IMG/VR virus record: IMGVR_UViG_2922690425_000004
Location: 1 to 64,000 of that record
DNA length: 64,000 bases
Direction: 5' to 3' (one strand)
Source: a virus
Lineage: Duplodnaviria; Caudoviricetes
Under the pieces are notes generated by a model. The model worked only from the letters and a program-made list of their open reading frames with translations, ran no database searches and was not told the DNA's origin. Below, in pieces: positions 38,917 to 49,747 of this stretch (the stretch's first letter is position 1; every line of letters begins with the position of its first letter). Made by a program: the position numbers and the translations under genes.

Positions 38917-39426
38917 TTAGTTCACAATAAAATCTCTGGTCAGTACATATTCCAGAAAACCACTAGTGTTCATATCCCTTGTGTCATCAAATGTAGCGAC
39001 GACCTTATCTACCTGATCTAGAGTAAGTGGAGTAGTTCGGTGAATTTCCTCGCCAAGACTATTACGAACTTTGACCTTGTAGTAATTACCGTTAGGTTGT
39101 AGATTGCCAAGTTCATATGTAAGGGCAATGCATTTTAGTGCTTCAAGTGCTGATCCTTTGTCGGCGTGTGTCTCTTTGGAAAATGCCAATTTAAGCTTAT
39201 TATCTGTAGCAATTGAATAAGCATATTTAAACTGTGGATTAATAGCCACGTCTAGGTCAGCATCAATGATTTCAATTGTGGGTGTAGCACTAATGATTAC
39301 AGAGTTATCAATCCCAGATGAGTGCTGCATTGAGTAGGGGAGGGGAGAAAAAATAAGCCAATTATTTGTAGCTCCTTGAATAAATTGCTCAAGCTTAAGT
39401 TCTCCAAAACGGATGATGGCTTGCAT
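38917..39426 (-). CDS. Phage hypothetical structural protein
   Basis: SD; tightly packed within the operon. Confidence 0.5.
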   Translation of the reverse strand: MQAIIRFGELKLEQFIQGATNNWLIFSPLPYSMQHSSGIDNSVIISATPTIEIIDADLDVAINPQFKYAYSIATDNKLKLAFSKETHADKGSALEALKCIALTYELGNLQPNGNYYKVKVRNSLGEEIHRTTPLTLDQVDKVVATFDDTRDMNTSGFLEYVLTRDFIVN

Positions 39427-39437
39427 GGATACACTCC

Positions 39438-40634
39438 TTATAGTAATGATTTTATTTCTATTTCTTTTGTTGCATAAGCTAATCTGGTAGAGTTTTCGAC
39501 ATGCAAAATAACTCTGCCTTTCTTGTTGTTGGCTTTAATTTTACAGGCTTGTCCATCTTGTTCGATTATACTGGCTAAAGTGGTGGGTGCTAAACCATCA
39601 GACTCGGTTAACCAAAAACAAGCTTTGTCTTGTCGAGCAATCCCATTATCCTTAAATGAACAAGTATATGATTTGGTCATATTGTATTTAATGAATTCGT
39701 CGCCTGTAATGTGGGCAGTATAATTATTTGTAGTACAGGACGTAACATTAACTCGAATAGTTTGAGAAATATTTCTGAATGAAATGGTTATTTTACATGT
39801 TCCTTTTTTCAAAGGAGCCACTAGGCCAGTAGGAGAGACTGATAAGATACTTTCATCATCCACAGAATATGTAATTTGATCATCAACTTCTATTACCTTT
39901 GAATTATTGGTTAATTCAATATTCAACTGAAGAGTTTGATTTTCTTCTATAGCCACAATATCCTTAACATTCAAAACCTTTAGTTGGTAGTTAGCGATGT
40001 TACCATTGTAATCAGCAATCCCAAGCTCTAAATTATCGGCAGGGATTAAATCTTGCTCTTCTAGTGTCAAATTTATCAACCCGTCAATTAAACGATTAAT
40101 CCCCACAGTCTTCCAAGCGCGTCCATCAATAATAAACCGTCTATTTTTCTTTATTCTTTCGGTCTCATTGTTTTTTTGAACTGTTATTTGTCGTCTTTCA
40201 TTAGGCATCATCAGAATTCTTCCTTCTTGGATGCCAAAATTAGACGATGTATCCGATTTGAAAGAAAATGGAGTTTCTTGAATTTCTCCTTGATCGTCTA
40301 ACCACTTGAGAGCTGAATAACAAACTAAAATCACACCACGATGATATATTTCCATATCATCAACATGATTACATAGCCAAGTTTTATCTTTCCATGTAAC
40401 CAAATCACCCATTTTTAACGGATAATTCAATGCGGCAATATTCTTCTGTTCTCGTATATCTCCGTCATCAGTTATCCAAACTTCCTGGTTGATATCTCCG
40501 TTGATACTCACTTGATAATAGCTAGGAGAATGTGAAAAAGTTGAATTCATAACGTGCTTAGTCTGGACAATGTTTCTGTCTCTAGCAGTTGTTTTACAGT
40601 TAGAAAGATATGACTTGTACGCCTTGTAACTCAT
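39438..40634 (-). CDS. Head closure-like protein with Ig-like (Big_2) domain
   Basis: YSVDDESILSVSPTGLVAPLKKGTCKITI Ig motif; synteny. Confidence 0.6.
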   Translation of the reverse strand: MSYKAYKSYLSNCKTTARDRNIVQTKHVMNSTFSHSPSYYQVSINGDINQEVWITDDGDIREQKNIAALNYPLKMGDLVTWKDKTWLCNHVDDMEIYHRGVILVCYSALKWLDDQGEIQETPFSFKSDTSSNFGIQEGRILMMPNERRQITVQKNNETERIKKNRRFIIDGRAWKTVGINRLIDGLINLTLEEQDLIPADNLELGIADYNGNIANYQLKVLNVKDIVAIEENQTLQLNIELTNNSKVIEVDDQITYSVDDESILSVSPTGLVAPLKKGTCKITISFRNISQTIRVNVTSCTTNNYTAHITGDEFIKYNMTKSYTCSFKDNGIARQDKACFWLTESDGLAPTTLASIIEQDGQACKIKANNKKGRVILHVENSTRLAYATKEIEIKSLL

Positions 40635-40635
40635 A

Positions 40636-41070
40636 CTAATTCACGCTCATATTTTTCAAATAGTATTGCATCATTAACGAATCAGCACGTTCAACAGCTT
40701 TATCACGTAATACAGCTTTTTCTTTAAAGTTCTGAGATTCGCTATACCTTTTCCAATCAGTTGAAGAAATCGCCAATCTCATGTCAAGAATATTGTTTAC
40801 CTCTTTTTCAAACCATTCACTAAGCATTAACTGTGACAGTATTTCTTGTTCTAACTCCGTTAAATCAGCAGTAAAGTTTCTGTTTTCCTCATCTCTGTCA
40901 GAGAGATCATTTTTACAGTAGCTGAACTTAACCAAGCCTGATTTAAGAAATCCCGTAAGATAATTTTCATAATCTTCAATCGAGTTTAGGAACATTTCAT
41001 CAATTGTATAGTCCTGAATTTTTCCTTGAAATCTCTCGAAGATTTTTGAATATGGGGTCATAAAAACCAA
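40636..41070 (-). CDS. Head-tail adaptor (YomZ-like)
   Basis: TPYSKIFERF..DLTELEQEILSQLMLSEW; synteny. Confidence 0.55.
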   Translation of the reverse strand: MVFMTPYSKIFERFQGKIQDYTIDEMFLNSIEDYENYLTGFLKSGLVKFSYCKNDLSDRDEENRNFTADLTELEQEILSQLMLSEWFEKEVNNILDMRLAISSTDWKRYSESQNFKEKAVLRDKAVERADSLMMQYYLKNMSVN

Positions 41071-41075
41071 TCCCC

Positions 41076-41774
41076 TTAAACGTTATTTTTAACTTTTGCT
41101 AACTCATACAAGTCCTGATTTACTAGCTTACCAATCGCATCAATTTTATATCTGTCCTGAAACTTTCTATCATTGCTTGCAATGCCTACTACAATTCGCT
41201 CAACTATGTTCTCACGTAGAGTAGGGGAAACAGAGTTTAAAGTATCTGTGATTTCGTTGATGTCCAAGGAGATAATATTCTCGATTGCTTCACGACTAAT
41301 AAAATTTTGATATACATCTTCTAGGTACAGAGCTTTTACTGCTTTCTCGCTTTGGATCAGAAATGCTCCTTCATGAGCAAACTTAGTATGGTTGTCTACA
41401 ATTGCTCGTACATCTTCGAAGGTAATCAGCTTCGATGTTCCAAAATCATTAAATCTAATAGTAGAATTAGTAGCCGTTAGATTCAGTCCACCATTAGTTA
41501 AAGAAATCACCCTGATGTATTCGCGGGGATCAATATCTAACTTATCTTCAACAGACTCAAACAGTGAATTTACCTTTCTGGTTTCTGTTTTAATCTCCTC
41601 ATGAGAGGTTTCGAGTTCTTTATTTTTCTCTAGCAAACCATTAACTAGGGCTGTGAGTTCAGCAACTTGATCTTCTAACGCTTTTTCTTTTACAGTTTTT
41701 TGAACAGGTTCGTTACTAGGAATATCTATTGTATCTGTATTATTAGCTGACTCCATTTTTCGTGTTGCCGCCAT
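41076..41774 (-). CDS. Phage hypothetical protein (YonA-like)
   Basis: Follows the capsid gene; synteny. Confidence 0.5.
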   Translation of the reverse strand: MAATRKMESANNTDTIDIPSNEPVQKTVKEKALEDQVAELTALVNGLLEKNKELETSHEEIKTETRKVNSLFESVEDKLDIDPREYIRVISLTNGGLNLTATNSTIRFNDFGTSKLITFEDVRAIVDNHTKFAHEGAFLIQSEKAVKALYLEDVYQNFISREAIENIISLDINEITDTLNSVSPTLRENIVERIVVGIASNDRKFQDRYKIDAIGKLVNQDLYELAKVKNNV

Positions 41775-41842
41775 TCTCTATGCCTCCCTATTATTTGAAT
41801 TGAAAGAAGGTCAGTAAGCTTAACACTTACCGACCAGTAATA

Positions 41843-42952
41843 TTATGCAAATTTATACAAACCGTAAGCTGCTGCTGTAATTAATTGAACATCGTAGTGT
41901 TGTGAAACAGAATAGCCTGTAGTTTGATCTGCATTATCTTCTGGTTTCGTTTGTGTAATCACTGTGTTTCCTTCGAATCCAATCTTGACCAACTTATCAG
42001 AACCAGAAGAAAGTACAATAGCGAAATCACCATCAATAGCAAAATCATCACTATTTGGTTTCAAACGTTGCCCAATTTCAAAAAGCTCTGTGCCTTGGAA
42101 ATTACCCAAATGTCCATTTTTATTAAACTCTTGTCCAAGACCAAATTGAAGGTATTGGTTCTCAGGTAGAATACGGGCAAGGGCAGTCTTAGTGCCAAAC
42201 ACTACACTCTTATCCGTATTATTTGCTGCGGAAACACGTTGGACTAGATTATTAAAGGCAGTTGAAGTAAATGCTGCGTTTTCTTTGAAATTTGCGCCCA
42301 AAGTATTAAAAGAATCGTAAATAGCAGAGTAAATTCGAGTAGTAATATCTGTTTCGATTGCTTGTGCTACACGAGCAACCCATGCGCCCCAATTTGTTTT
42401 ACCTGCAAGTACACGATATAACTCTTCATAAATTTCTACAGTACGGCGTTGAGCGGTGAGGGTCACGTCTTTTCCGAACAAACGTTGCCGTTGATTACCT
42501 CGTTGACCATTAGCTTTAGTACTAACGACAAACAAGTCTGGACTATCTACGTGAAACACCAGTTGATCGCCCCAGTTTACATTTTTAACTTCTGCGAACT
42601 GGTAAAAACTATCCAAAACTGTTTCAGGGATTACGATATCCAAAGTTTGAGCTACCAGAGCAAATGTTGCCCACTGGATATTAGGGTTAGAAGCCATCAT
42701 ACCTTCAGTAAAATTGGTATCAGACGGAATGCCTGCTAGACGGTAAGCTTCTTTTTTCAAGCCTTTGGTGAACAGTTCTTGTTTTGCATCAAGGGTTACG
42801 CCATCATTCGCATATTGAGCATACTTATTAAAACGACCATCTTTGTTGCGGTTTTGATAACAATAGTGGTACCAAGCTTCTACACCAGCTTGTACAACAT
42901 CTTTTTCATTTTGCGACATATTAAAAAACTTAAGGCTACCATAGTTTTTCAT
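41843..42952 (-). CDS. Major capsid protein (YonB-like)
   Basis: 369 aa; FAEVKNVNWGD, VVFGTKTAL and LVKIGFEG; followed by a terminator hairpin at 41809-41835. Confidence 0.75.
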   Translation of the reverse strand: MKNYGSLKFFNMSQNEKDVVQAGVEAWYHYCYQNRNKDGRFNKYAQYANDGVTLDAKQELFTKGLKKEAYRLAGIPSDTNFTEGMMASNPNIQWATFALVAQTLDIVIPETVLDSFYQFAEVKNVNWGDQLVFHVDSPDLFVVSTKANGQRGNQRQRLFGKDVTLTAQRRTVEIYEELYRVLAGKTNWGAWVARVAQAIETDITTRIYSAIYDSFNTLGANFKENAAFTSTAFNNLVQRVSAANNTDKSVVFGTKTALARILPENQYLQFGLGQEFNKNGHLGNFQGTELFEIGQRLKPNSDDFAIDGDFAIVLSSGSDKLVKIGFEGNTVITQTKPEDNADQTTGYSVSQHYDVQLITAAAYGLYKFA

Positions 42953-42981
42953 ACTAAATTAGTTCCTCCGATTATTATGTA

Positions 42982-43488
42982 TTAGGCTTCTTTAATTACT
43001 TGCAGTTTAGTTGCTGGAACACGAGAGCGCCCAACGGAAATAGTTGTTTTTTCAAGAACCAACAGCGCTACTTTAGTTGTTCCAAGGGTTGCGCTAGCAA
43101 TGCCTTTATATTTACCATCCTGTGGAATAACGTATTGATCCACAACTGTTGAGCCATCGATGCCGTCATCCGTGATAGTGAATGTGTCACCATTTTTAAG
43201 GCGAAATGCACGAGCAGGAGTATTAGCTTTATTGGTGAATAGAGCAGGGTCACTTACGTCAATTCGGAAGCCATTGACCTCTGGAATCTCTGGGCTTGCA
43301 ACCAACAGCACTTCTTGAGCAGCTACATCAGTTGGAGTTGCAGCAATACGAACTTCTGGGTTTCCTGCCAGCACTCCTTTTAGAACTACAAAGCTACCGT
43401 TATCAACCGCCTCAGGCAATTGAACAGACTGAATAAAGCTGTCTACTTTAGTACCAGCCATCAGATTAAGATTTACAATTGTACTCAT
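42982..43488 (-). CDS. Capsid decoration/cement protein (YonC-like)
   Basis: VDNGSFV..ARAFRLKNGDTFTI; lies between scaffold and capsid genes. Confidence 0.55.
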   Translation of the reverse strand: MSTIVNLNLMAGTKVDSFIQSVQLPEAVDNGSFVVLKGVLAGNPEVRIAATPTDVAAQEVLLVASPEIPEVNGFRIDVSDPALFTNKANTPARAFRLKNGDTFTITDDGIDGSTVVDQYVIPQDGKYKGIASATLGTTKVALLVLEKTTISVGRSRVPATKLQVIKEA

Positions 43489-43506
43489 TAAATATATTTC
43501 CTCCTA

Positions 43507-45027
43507 TTAATTGTTTTGTTGAGAAAGTCTATCCCAAACTGTTTTAGGTGTTTCTTTATTTTGCTCGCCATCATCTGGAAGTCCCATTGAAATAAAGTTA
43601 AAGTTCTTCGATTTGGTGGTTTCGATAATACGATCACATACGTAAGATTTAACTTCCTTTTCAAATTCAGAAAAAGTAGCAAATGAAGAACGCTTTTCTG
43701 TAAACTTAGCTTTTTCATCTTCGGTGAGAAGAGTAGGGTAAGAATTAAATAGCTCATCAATTCTTTCTACATCTTCAGCTTCTTTAAATTTTAAAATTTC
43801 TTTCTGAAGCTCGGTGATTTTCTCGTCTTTATTTGTAATTTGAGACTCTACTTCAGTAAATTTTTCTTGAATTTCTGTCAATGTTTGATTCAATGAAAGA
43901 ATGGCCTCATCTTTACTCTCGATTTTTTCAGTAAACTCAGCGACCAGCGTTTCTTTCTCGTTTTTTTCCTTGTTTAAGACTTCTGTTGCTTCGCTGCTAA
44001 TTAAATCGATAGTGGACTTAAAGGTGTTGATCGCATCATCGGCTTCATCTCCATCTACCCAATCTACAGGAGAATATTTAATTCTTGTCAGAGTGTTGAA
44101 ATCAATTACAACATTATCTCCTTGCATACTGTAAGATGCTTTCTTATACTTGTATCCATCTTGAACATCGCAAAGATAGATATAATTTTCATCAAAGTCA
44201 CTAAGATAATAAGAGCATCTTTCTACTGACTCTCCATACCAATTAGTACCTATGTATTTCTGTTTACTAAGGGCGTTATCAATCTCTTCGTATAATTGAT
44301 TAGTAGTCAATTTGAAAAGGGCTGCAATTTCTTTTTTGTTTTTTTGCAATTGGACATTATCCTCCTTACTTTTATCTGTTTGTGTATTAGCATCATTAAA
44401 ATGATGTAGAAATGAATTTAACTCTTTCATTTTTTTGGTAAAGTCATCATCCAAAGAAAAATGCTCAATTTTTGCGTGAGCGTTAATCATACCAGTGCCG
44501 TATTTATTGCCCAATAAAGTAACGCCAGTATACCTAAATGATCTAATATTCAATATTTTTGTCTCTTTGTTGTACTCAGATTCATCAATTACAATTTCGA
44601 TTGACAGCTTAGTTTCTTCTTGGTTGTTGATGATATCCATCTCATCTTGTGCGTAGACATTCCATATGTATCCATCTACAACTGCATAATTTCTCCCATC
44701 AATTTCTTCATAATGATAGTTGTTATTAACGGCAGAAATTACTCCGATGGGCTTTTCGATATATGTAATTTTATCTTCGTCTTCATCATATTCCATTTCA
44801 TGCTCACCAAAATCATCGCCTTCTATATGGGCCAAAATAGGAATATTAACGACAGATGATTCAGCATTTTTAAGAACATCGAAATCGATGTTACTTTTAT
44901 TGTTGTTTACACCATCATGAGATATCCACATTCTAAGTCTTGAAAATCTAGAATCGTTAAGAGGTTCGATTTCATAATTCTCGACGAAAAGAGTAGCTTT
45001 TTTATCCTTATTTTTTATAATTATCAC
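43507..45027 (-). CDS. Prohead protease/scaffold protein (YonD-like)
   Basis: HDGVNNNKS..NIPILAH..SIEI..GVTLLG protease-like N-terminus; acidic coiled-coil C-terminus. Confidence 0.7.
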   Translation of the reverse strand: MIIIKNKDKKATLFVENYEIEPLNDSRFSRLRMWISHDGVNNNKSNIDFDVLKNAESSVVNIPILAHIEGDDFGEHEMEYDEDEDKITYIEKPIGVISAVNNNYHYEEIDGRNYAVVDGYIWNVYAQDEMDIINNQEETKLSIEIVIDESEYNKETKILNIRSFRYTGVTLLGNKYGTGMINAHAKIEHFSLDDDFTKKMKELNSFLHHFNDANTQTDKSKEDNVQLQKNKKEIAALFKLTTNQLYEEIDNALSKQKYIGTNWYGESVERCSYYLSDFDENYIYLCDVQDGYKYKKASYSMQGDNVVIDFNTLTRIKYSPVDWVDGDEADDAINTFKSTIDLISSEATEVLNKEKNEKETLVAEFTEKIESKDEAILSLNQTLTEIQEKFTEVESQITNKDEKITELQKEILKFKEAEDVERIDELFNSYPTLLTEDEKAKFTEKRSSFATFSEFEKEVKSYVCDRIIETTKSKNFNFISMGLPDDGEQNKETPKTVWDRLSQQNN

Positions 45028-45041
45028 CTCCTCAAAAGGAT

Positions 45042-46589
45042 CTAACGATTATTCAAATCTAAGTCTCTTGTCTTTGCACCATCATCACTAAGATCGTTAT
45101 CAGATACTTTTGGGCGACCGCTATCCTTATTACCGTTCTGCACGTGGGAACTGGAAAGGGGAACGAGATATTTTTCAACAAGGTTAATACTGTTTTCATA
45201 AGCCAACAGACTTTGCATATCTTCAGGGTTGATACCCATAGCCAAAGAGACCAATGTTTTAGAAAATCCAAACTGTCCAGCTTTAAGGTACTTTTCGAAC
45301 TTTTCATCTCTGTTGAACACTGTTATATCAGGAAAGACTACTTTATGACGATATTTTCCCGTTTTGCTTTTTAGATAACTGTTGATAAAACGCTCAAACT
45401 GGCGATACATATGAATTACATAACTTTCATCGACCTTGATTGATGCTTGAAGACCGGAAGCATTAACAGTCCCCGAACCAAATAATATAGGAGTAGAGCC
45501 AGCAGCTTGATAAAAATTATCCTGACTAAAACCAACTATGTTATTTTGAGTTTGTGATTGATTAAAATCCACCGTTTTTAACTCAAACGGGGTAGTGGCA
45601 ACTTTTACTCCATTCGGAACGCCAGCTTGGAGGATAGCAGTATATTGACCTGCAACATTTGGATCAATAGCAAAGTTATTAGCTACCGATGCCCCCTTGG
45701 TGTCACTCTTCATTGGAATTTGTCCAACAATTATCTTCCAAGTTTCAAGCTCGGTTTTTGTTTTCAGTAAACCTTTGTAATGTTCTATTTCGGCACTATC
45801 TAAAAATAACCCCATTAAAGGAGGAGTAAGCCCAGCTCTTGTTTCGTCGAATTTAAACACTGGAGCTTTTATAGGATCAAGAGGTTGCCAATAAAAATAA
45901 CGATCTTTTCTGCTCCCAGCATTGGCGAAGTCACTGTAATATTCACTAAATTCAGGAGCAAAATCGTTTATATTCACACCTGATTGTAAAAAATAATACA
46001 TATTAAAAGCATATTGATATCCATATTCAGTTTTATTGATGATTTTGCAGTATTTTGCTGGCATTTCTTGCAAAGCAACAGAATCACCGAACTCACGAAC
46101 ATAGTAAAATTTAGCGTCTTCTAAGATTACACCTTTTAAAATGTTTGGAAAGGTAGACTTGGGCGATATTTTTTCTACGATATCAACGGCTTTACGTCTA
46201 GATTTTTTAAAAGCAGTAGATTTCATATCCTCTTCATCTGCATTAGTTGCAACTATAAATGAGTCGAAGGTAGGTATAGTAGAATAGTAGTTAACTAATC
46301 GATTAAACTGCATTACTACATTAAAAAGATACTGACTTAAATCCTTTAAGGCATCTTCGTTTGCTTTTGGATTTTTAATCATTTCTTCAATCTTTTTTCG
46401 ATCAAATGTAGTAGGAGACATATTTAGGGATTTCAGCAATTCATTTTGCCATAGTGGACTAAATAGCGAACCACTTTGATAACTACTGGAGAGAGCTTTT
46501 GCAAATTGCAATGCATAATCTTCACTATTTTCTATTTTGGGTGGAGCTATGTTTACATTAGGCGTATCCTTGTTGTTTTTTCTTGTCAT
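45042..46589 (-). CDS. Portal protein (YonE-like)
   Basis: 515 aa directly after the terminase; C-terminal PLSSSHVQ..GRP. Confidence 0.75.
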   Translation of the reverse strand: MTRKNNKDTPNVNIAPPKIENSEDYALQFAKALSSSYQSGSLFSPLWQNELLKSLNMSPTTFDRKKIEEMIKNPKANEDALKDLSQYLFNVVMQFNRLVNYYSTIPTFDSFIVATNADEEDMKSTAFKKSRRKAVDIVEKISPKSTFPNILKGVILEDAKFYYVREFGDSVALQEMPAKYCKIINKTEYGYQYAFNMYYFLQSGVNINDFAPEFSEYYSDFANAGSRKDRYFYWQPLDPIKAPVFKFDETRAGLTPPLMGLFLDSAEIEHYKGLLKTKTELETWKIIVGQIPMKSDTKGASVANNFAIDPNVAGQYTAILQAGVPNGVKVATTPFELKTVDFNQSQTQNNIVGFSQDNFYQAAGSTPILFGSGTVNASGLQASIKVDESYVIHMYRQFERFINSYLKSKTGKYRHKVVFPDITVFNRDEKFEKYLKAGQFGFSKTLVSLAMGINPEDMQSLLAYENSINLVEKYLVPLSSSHVQNGNKDSGRPKVSDNDLSDDGAKTRDLDLNNR

Positions 46590-46613
46590 CGTTCACATCC
46601 TTTCTGTATAGAT

Positions 46614-48371
46614 TTATTGCGATATGTATAGGTAATCTAATACATTAAAGCTATCTTCTTCGCGTTTGAAATCTTCAAAATTCTTCAAATAATATAGGAC
46701 ATAAGCTAGAGCAGCCCAAATATCTTTCTCTGTTTTCTTTACAACTTGTTCTACACCTAATTTTCCACCTTGTTTTTGAACCAATTTCAGATTTGCTACT
46801 TGATCAATAAGTTGATCACTTTGAAAATGAGCTGCTTTAATCTGATTGATTTCTAAATCTTTATCTTTTGAGTTTTTTGGTTTATTGGTTAATTCAAGCA
46901 TTTTCTCTGGAATTAACAGCTTTAATCTACCGCTTTCAACAAAATCAATAAAATTAGTAATGATATCTGTTTGGATTCCTTGTGCTTTTAAACTATATAT
47001 TTTTTGAGGTGCTATACTATTTTGAGGTGATTCATCGGTATTGATGGTATCCCAGCTATCGTAAGGGTCATTCATAAGAGGGTCTAGGGTTTCCTTCATT
47101 AACTCTTCGACGACACCTTGACCTATACCGTTGGCATCGACTACAGTAACATTGCCTCCATAATGCCTATCTAATCTTTTAATAAACATGGCTTGTTCGT
47201 TGAAATTAGTTCCGTTTGGTGGAACGAAAATATTACATACTGTTGCAGTTTTAATGGTGCCATTTAAATTTCTTTCAACTTCCATCACTACGAATGCAGA
47301 TTTATTGTTGTTGTTTGACTGTGAACGTGCAATATCAGCTCCGATAAAGTATTCCCTATTTCTCTTTGGATTGATAGTCGCTTGTTTAATTGTGCGTAGC
47401 TCCATAAGTTTGTTAATATTCACAATAGCTCCATCACTTACTCCGCACCATCTAGACTCGTAGTTTTGAGCAAATGATATTGCGCTAGTAGTGGGGTCAT
47501 CCTTTTTAGCTAATATCTGCGCGCGCGTCTCACCCCTGCCGTAATGACAAGGTAATTCCCAACTTGCACCCAGTACTATTTTACCTTTAAGATTAGCCAT
47601 TTCATCGATCATGTTGTTTAGTCGAATGAATTCATCACTGCCGCGGTAGCCGCTAGTAGTTAAATAATTGATCATACCATTTAATTCATAGGGATTAATT
47701 GTAGATTGTTTACCAATGGTTCTTCTCGGTACATTTACTACAGGTTCCAAAGCGTCTTTAAACAAAGCATTGTTCAATAGTGCTGATTCCTCAACATTCA
47801 GTCTTCTTCTGCGCTGACCTTTCGAGTGTTGCGAATTCGCAAGGACACTATAAATTGCACCAGACGAAAAGACTACTTCTACTTGGTCTTTTGAGAAACT
47901 AGACTTTACAATTTCATTATTCATAAGTGGGAACCATTTAATTATTTCATTATGTTTCTCTTCGCTTATTGAAGAGGCATTTTCTCTTGTTTGAGCACTC
48001 ATAGCGATTGTGATGTCTGGGAAGTGAATGCAGGTGTGGTAAATACTCATCAGCTCAAGCATTGTTTTACCAAATCCACGGGGAAAAACACCATAGGTGC
48101 TAAGAAACCTACTCATTGAACGTAAAAAAACTCTTTGGTCAAGATCTAATCTCATACCACCTTTTTCCGGTGATATTAAGTCATAAAAAAGATCGGGGAA
48201 CCACTTACTCCATTGGATAAAAGTAATCCATTTTTCTAGATTCTTATCGAAGCTACTTTCTTTTTTTTCGTCTAGTTTTACACTGCTATTAAAATCGGGA
48301 TTGTTATTTGTTCTAGAACTCATTCTAGTATGCTTGAAATTATCGCTTTGAAAATTCTTATGGCTAGCCAT
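46614..48371 (-). CDS. Terminase large subunit (YonF-like)
   Basis: Walker A PRGFGKT; Walker B-like LNVEE; nuclease GADIAR, VVDANGIG and KDIWAA. Confidence 0.9.
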   Translation of the reverse strand: MASHKNFQSDNFKHTRMSSRTNNNPDFNSSVKLDEKKESSFDKNLEKWITFIQWSKWFPDLFYDLISPEKGGMRLDLDQRVFLRSMSRFLSTYGVFPRGFGKTMLELMSIYHTCIHFPDITIAMSAQTRENASSISEEKHNEIIKWFPLMNNEIVKSSFSKDQVEVVFSSGAIYSVLANSQHSKGQRRRRLNVEESALLNNALFKDALEPVVNVPRRTIGKQSTINPYELNGMINYLTTSGYRGSDEFIRLNNMIDEMANLKGKIVLGASWELPCHYGRGETRAQILAKKDDPTTSAISFAQNYESRWCGVSDGAIVNINKLMELRTIKQATINPKRNREYFIGADIARSQSNNNNKSAFVVMEVERNLNGTIKTATVCNIFVPPNGTNFNEQAMFIKRLDRHYGGNVTVVDANGIGQGVVEELMKETLDPLMNDPYDSWDTINTDESPQNSIAPQKIYSLKAQGIQTDIITNFIDFVESGRLKLLIPEKMLELTNKPKNSKDKDLEINQIKAAHFQSDQLIDQVANLKLVQKQGGKLGVEQVVKKTEKDIWAALAYVLYYLKNFEDFKREEDSFNVLDYLYISQ

Positions 48372-49284
48372 TCACATCATCTTTTTCTAGGGTATTGTCA
48401 CTCATTTGACTTTCGTAATCTTCCGCTTTCTTACTATAAAAATCATAAATTTCTTTGTATTCACAGGAAGGGAGACCTCGTAGATCCCGAACATAATTAA
48501 TAAAGCACCATAACGTAACATCTACTTTGTCCTTAGGCTGCTCAATAAATTGCGGAAGGAGAGGCATTATTTCATAATTTTCTTCAACCATTCGTGCTAA
48601 CTGTCCAAAAGTATCTAAACCTCCAGATAAGTCTGCTTTACTCATTTGTGATGGCTTAAGCTTTCCTGCTTCAGCGACATCCTTTACCATTGCAGCCCAT
48701 TCTTTAGCTTCTTTGAAATTGCCTTTTGCTTTAGCAAGAGTTTCTTTTACTTTGTTAACACAAAATTCTCTAAAATATTCCTCATGCATCGTAGTCAAGA
48801 GTTGAAAACTAGTCTTTAACTGCTGATACTTATTTTCAAATAATGTATACTCTTCATCTGGATAGCCATAACCATACTTATCTTTTAGTTGATCTAGATT
48901 GTAATGTTCTTTATTAATTTGTTCATAATTAGTTTCATCTTTTTTTTCTTGTATTTTTGGGATGTCTTGTTCATCACTATCTTTCCAAGTTAGCTCTCTA
49001 TACTTTGGCAATCCAAGGGTTTTCATGTAAATACCAAAATGATCATGGTTTTTTATTTTAGCTTCTTCCTCAGAAGAGATCCATAAGCTATGTATGAATG
49101 GTCTGTTTATTTGCATTAGTATGTCTTTTGTGGTATCTAGATCTTCATAATTAATAGAATTTTTTAAACAGTTTTTACAAACACTCAACCGACCATCGCT
49201 ATCGAATTTATTATAGGATTTATAAAAATATGAAAGAGCCAAGCTCTTATTGCAAGAAATGCATAGCTTTTTTGTATCAGCCAT
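48364..49284 (-). CDS. Zn-binding protein overlapping TerL, probable terminase small subunit (YonG-like)
   Basis: CISC..CKNC; overlaps the terminase large start. Confidence 0.55.
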   Translation of the reverse strand: MADTKKLCISCNKSLALSYFYKSYNKFDSDGRLSVCKNCLKNSINYEDLDTTKDILMQINRPFIHSLWISSEEEAKIKNHDHFGIYMKTLGLPKYRELTWKDSDEQDIPKIQEKKDETNYEQINKEHYNLDQLKDKYGYGYPDEEYTLFENKYQQLKTSFQLLTTMHEEYFREFCVNKVKETLAKAKGNFKEAKEWAAMVKDVAEAGKLKPSQMSKADLSGGLDTFGQLARMVEENYEIMPLLPQFIEQPKDKVDVTLWCFINYVRDLRGLPSCEYKEIYDFYSKKAEDYESQMSDNTLEKDDVNG

Positions 49285-49457
49285 TATTTCACCTTCTTTA
49301 CATAGAAGAACATAATAAAATTCCCATTTGATTGTGAAAAAGCATGGGGTAGGAGGGAGCAGCCTGTTTAAAGACGGAAAGTCTCCCCATGAGAAACAAA
49401 TAATAAAAAGCCTGATAAGACTCAGGCATTTGATTTATGTATTCCTCAGACTCTTGA

Positions 49458-49727
49458 TTATTTCAATTTATTCACAATCTTCGTAATTTCTTCAGGAGTG
49501 ACAATTTGTTTTGCTCTTTTGTCAGTTCGATTGCCATAAATAAATGCTGCTCCATCTTCAGCATAAAAAACTACTGCTTGCTTATTAATAACTGGGTATC
49601 CGTGTTCTTCTTCAATATCTACTTCTACAGTCTTTTTGTTTAGAGCGTACTGTTCAGCCAAGTCTTTTTCACTTACAACATGCAAAATTTGATATTTATC
49701 TAAATATGCGTACATTATTTCCTCCAA
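49458..49727 (-). CDS. Hypothetical protein
   Basis: GGAGG SD near the start; terminator downstream. Confidence 0.5.
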   Translation of the reverse strand: MEEIMYAYLDKYQILHVVSEKDLAEQYALNKKTVEVDIEEEHGYPVINKQAVVFYAEDGAAFIYGNRTDKRAKQIVTPEEITKIVNKLK

Positions 49728-49747
49728 TAATATGTATGAATTTTATT

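Noticed and set aside
43488-43760. 90-aa ORF as a frameshift extension of the scaffold gene
   Set aside because: Alternate-frame overlap with no convincing SD or slippery site; composition looks non-coding.
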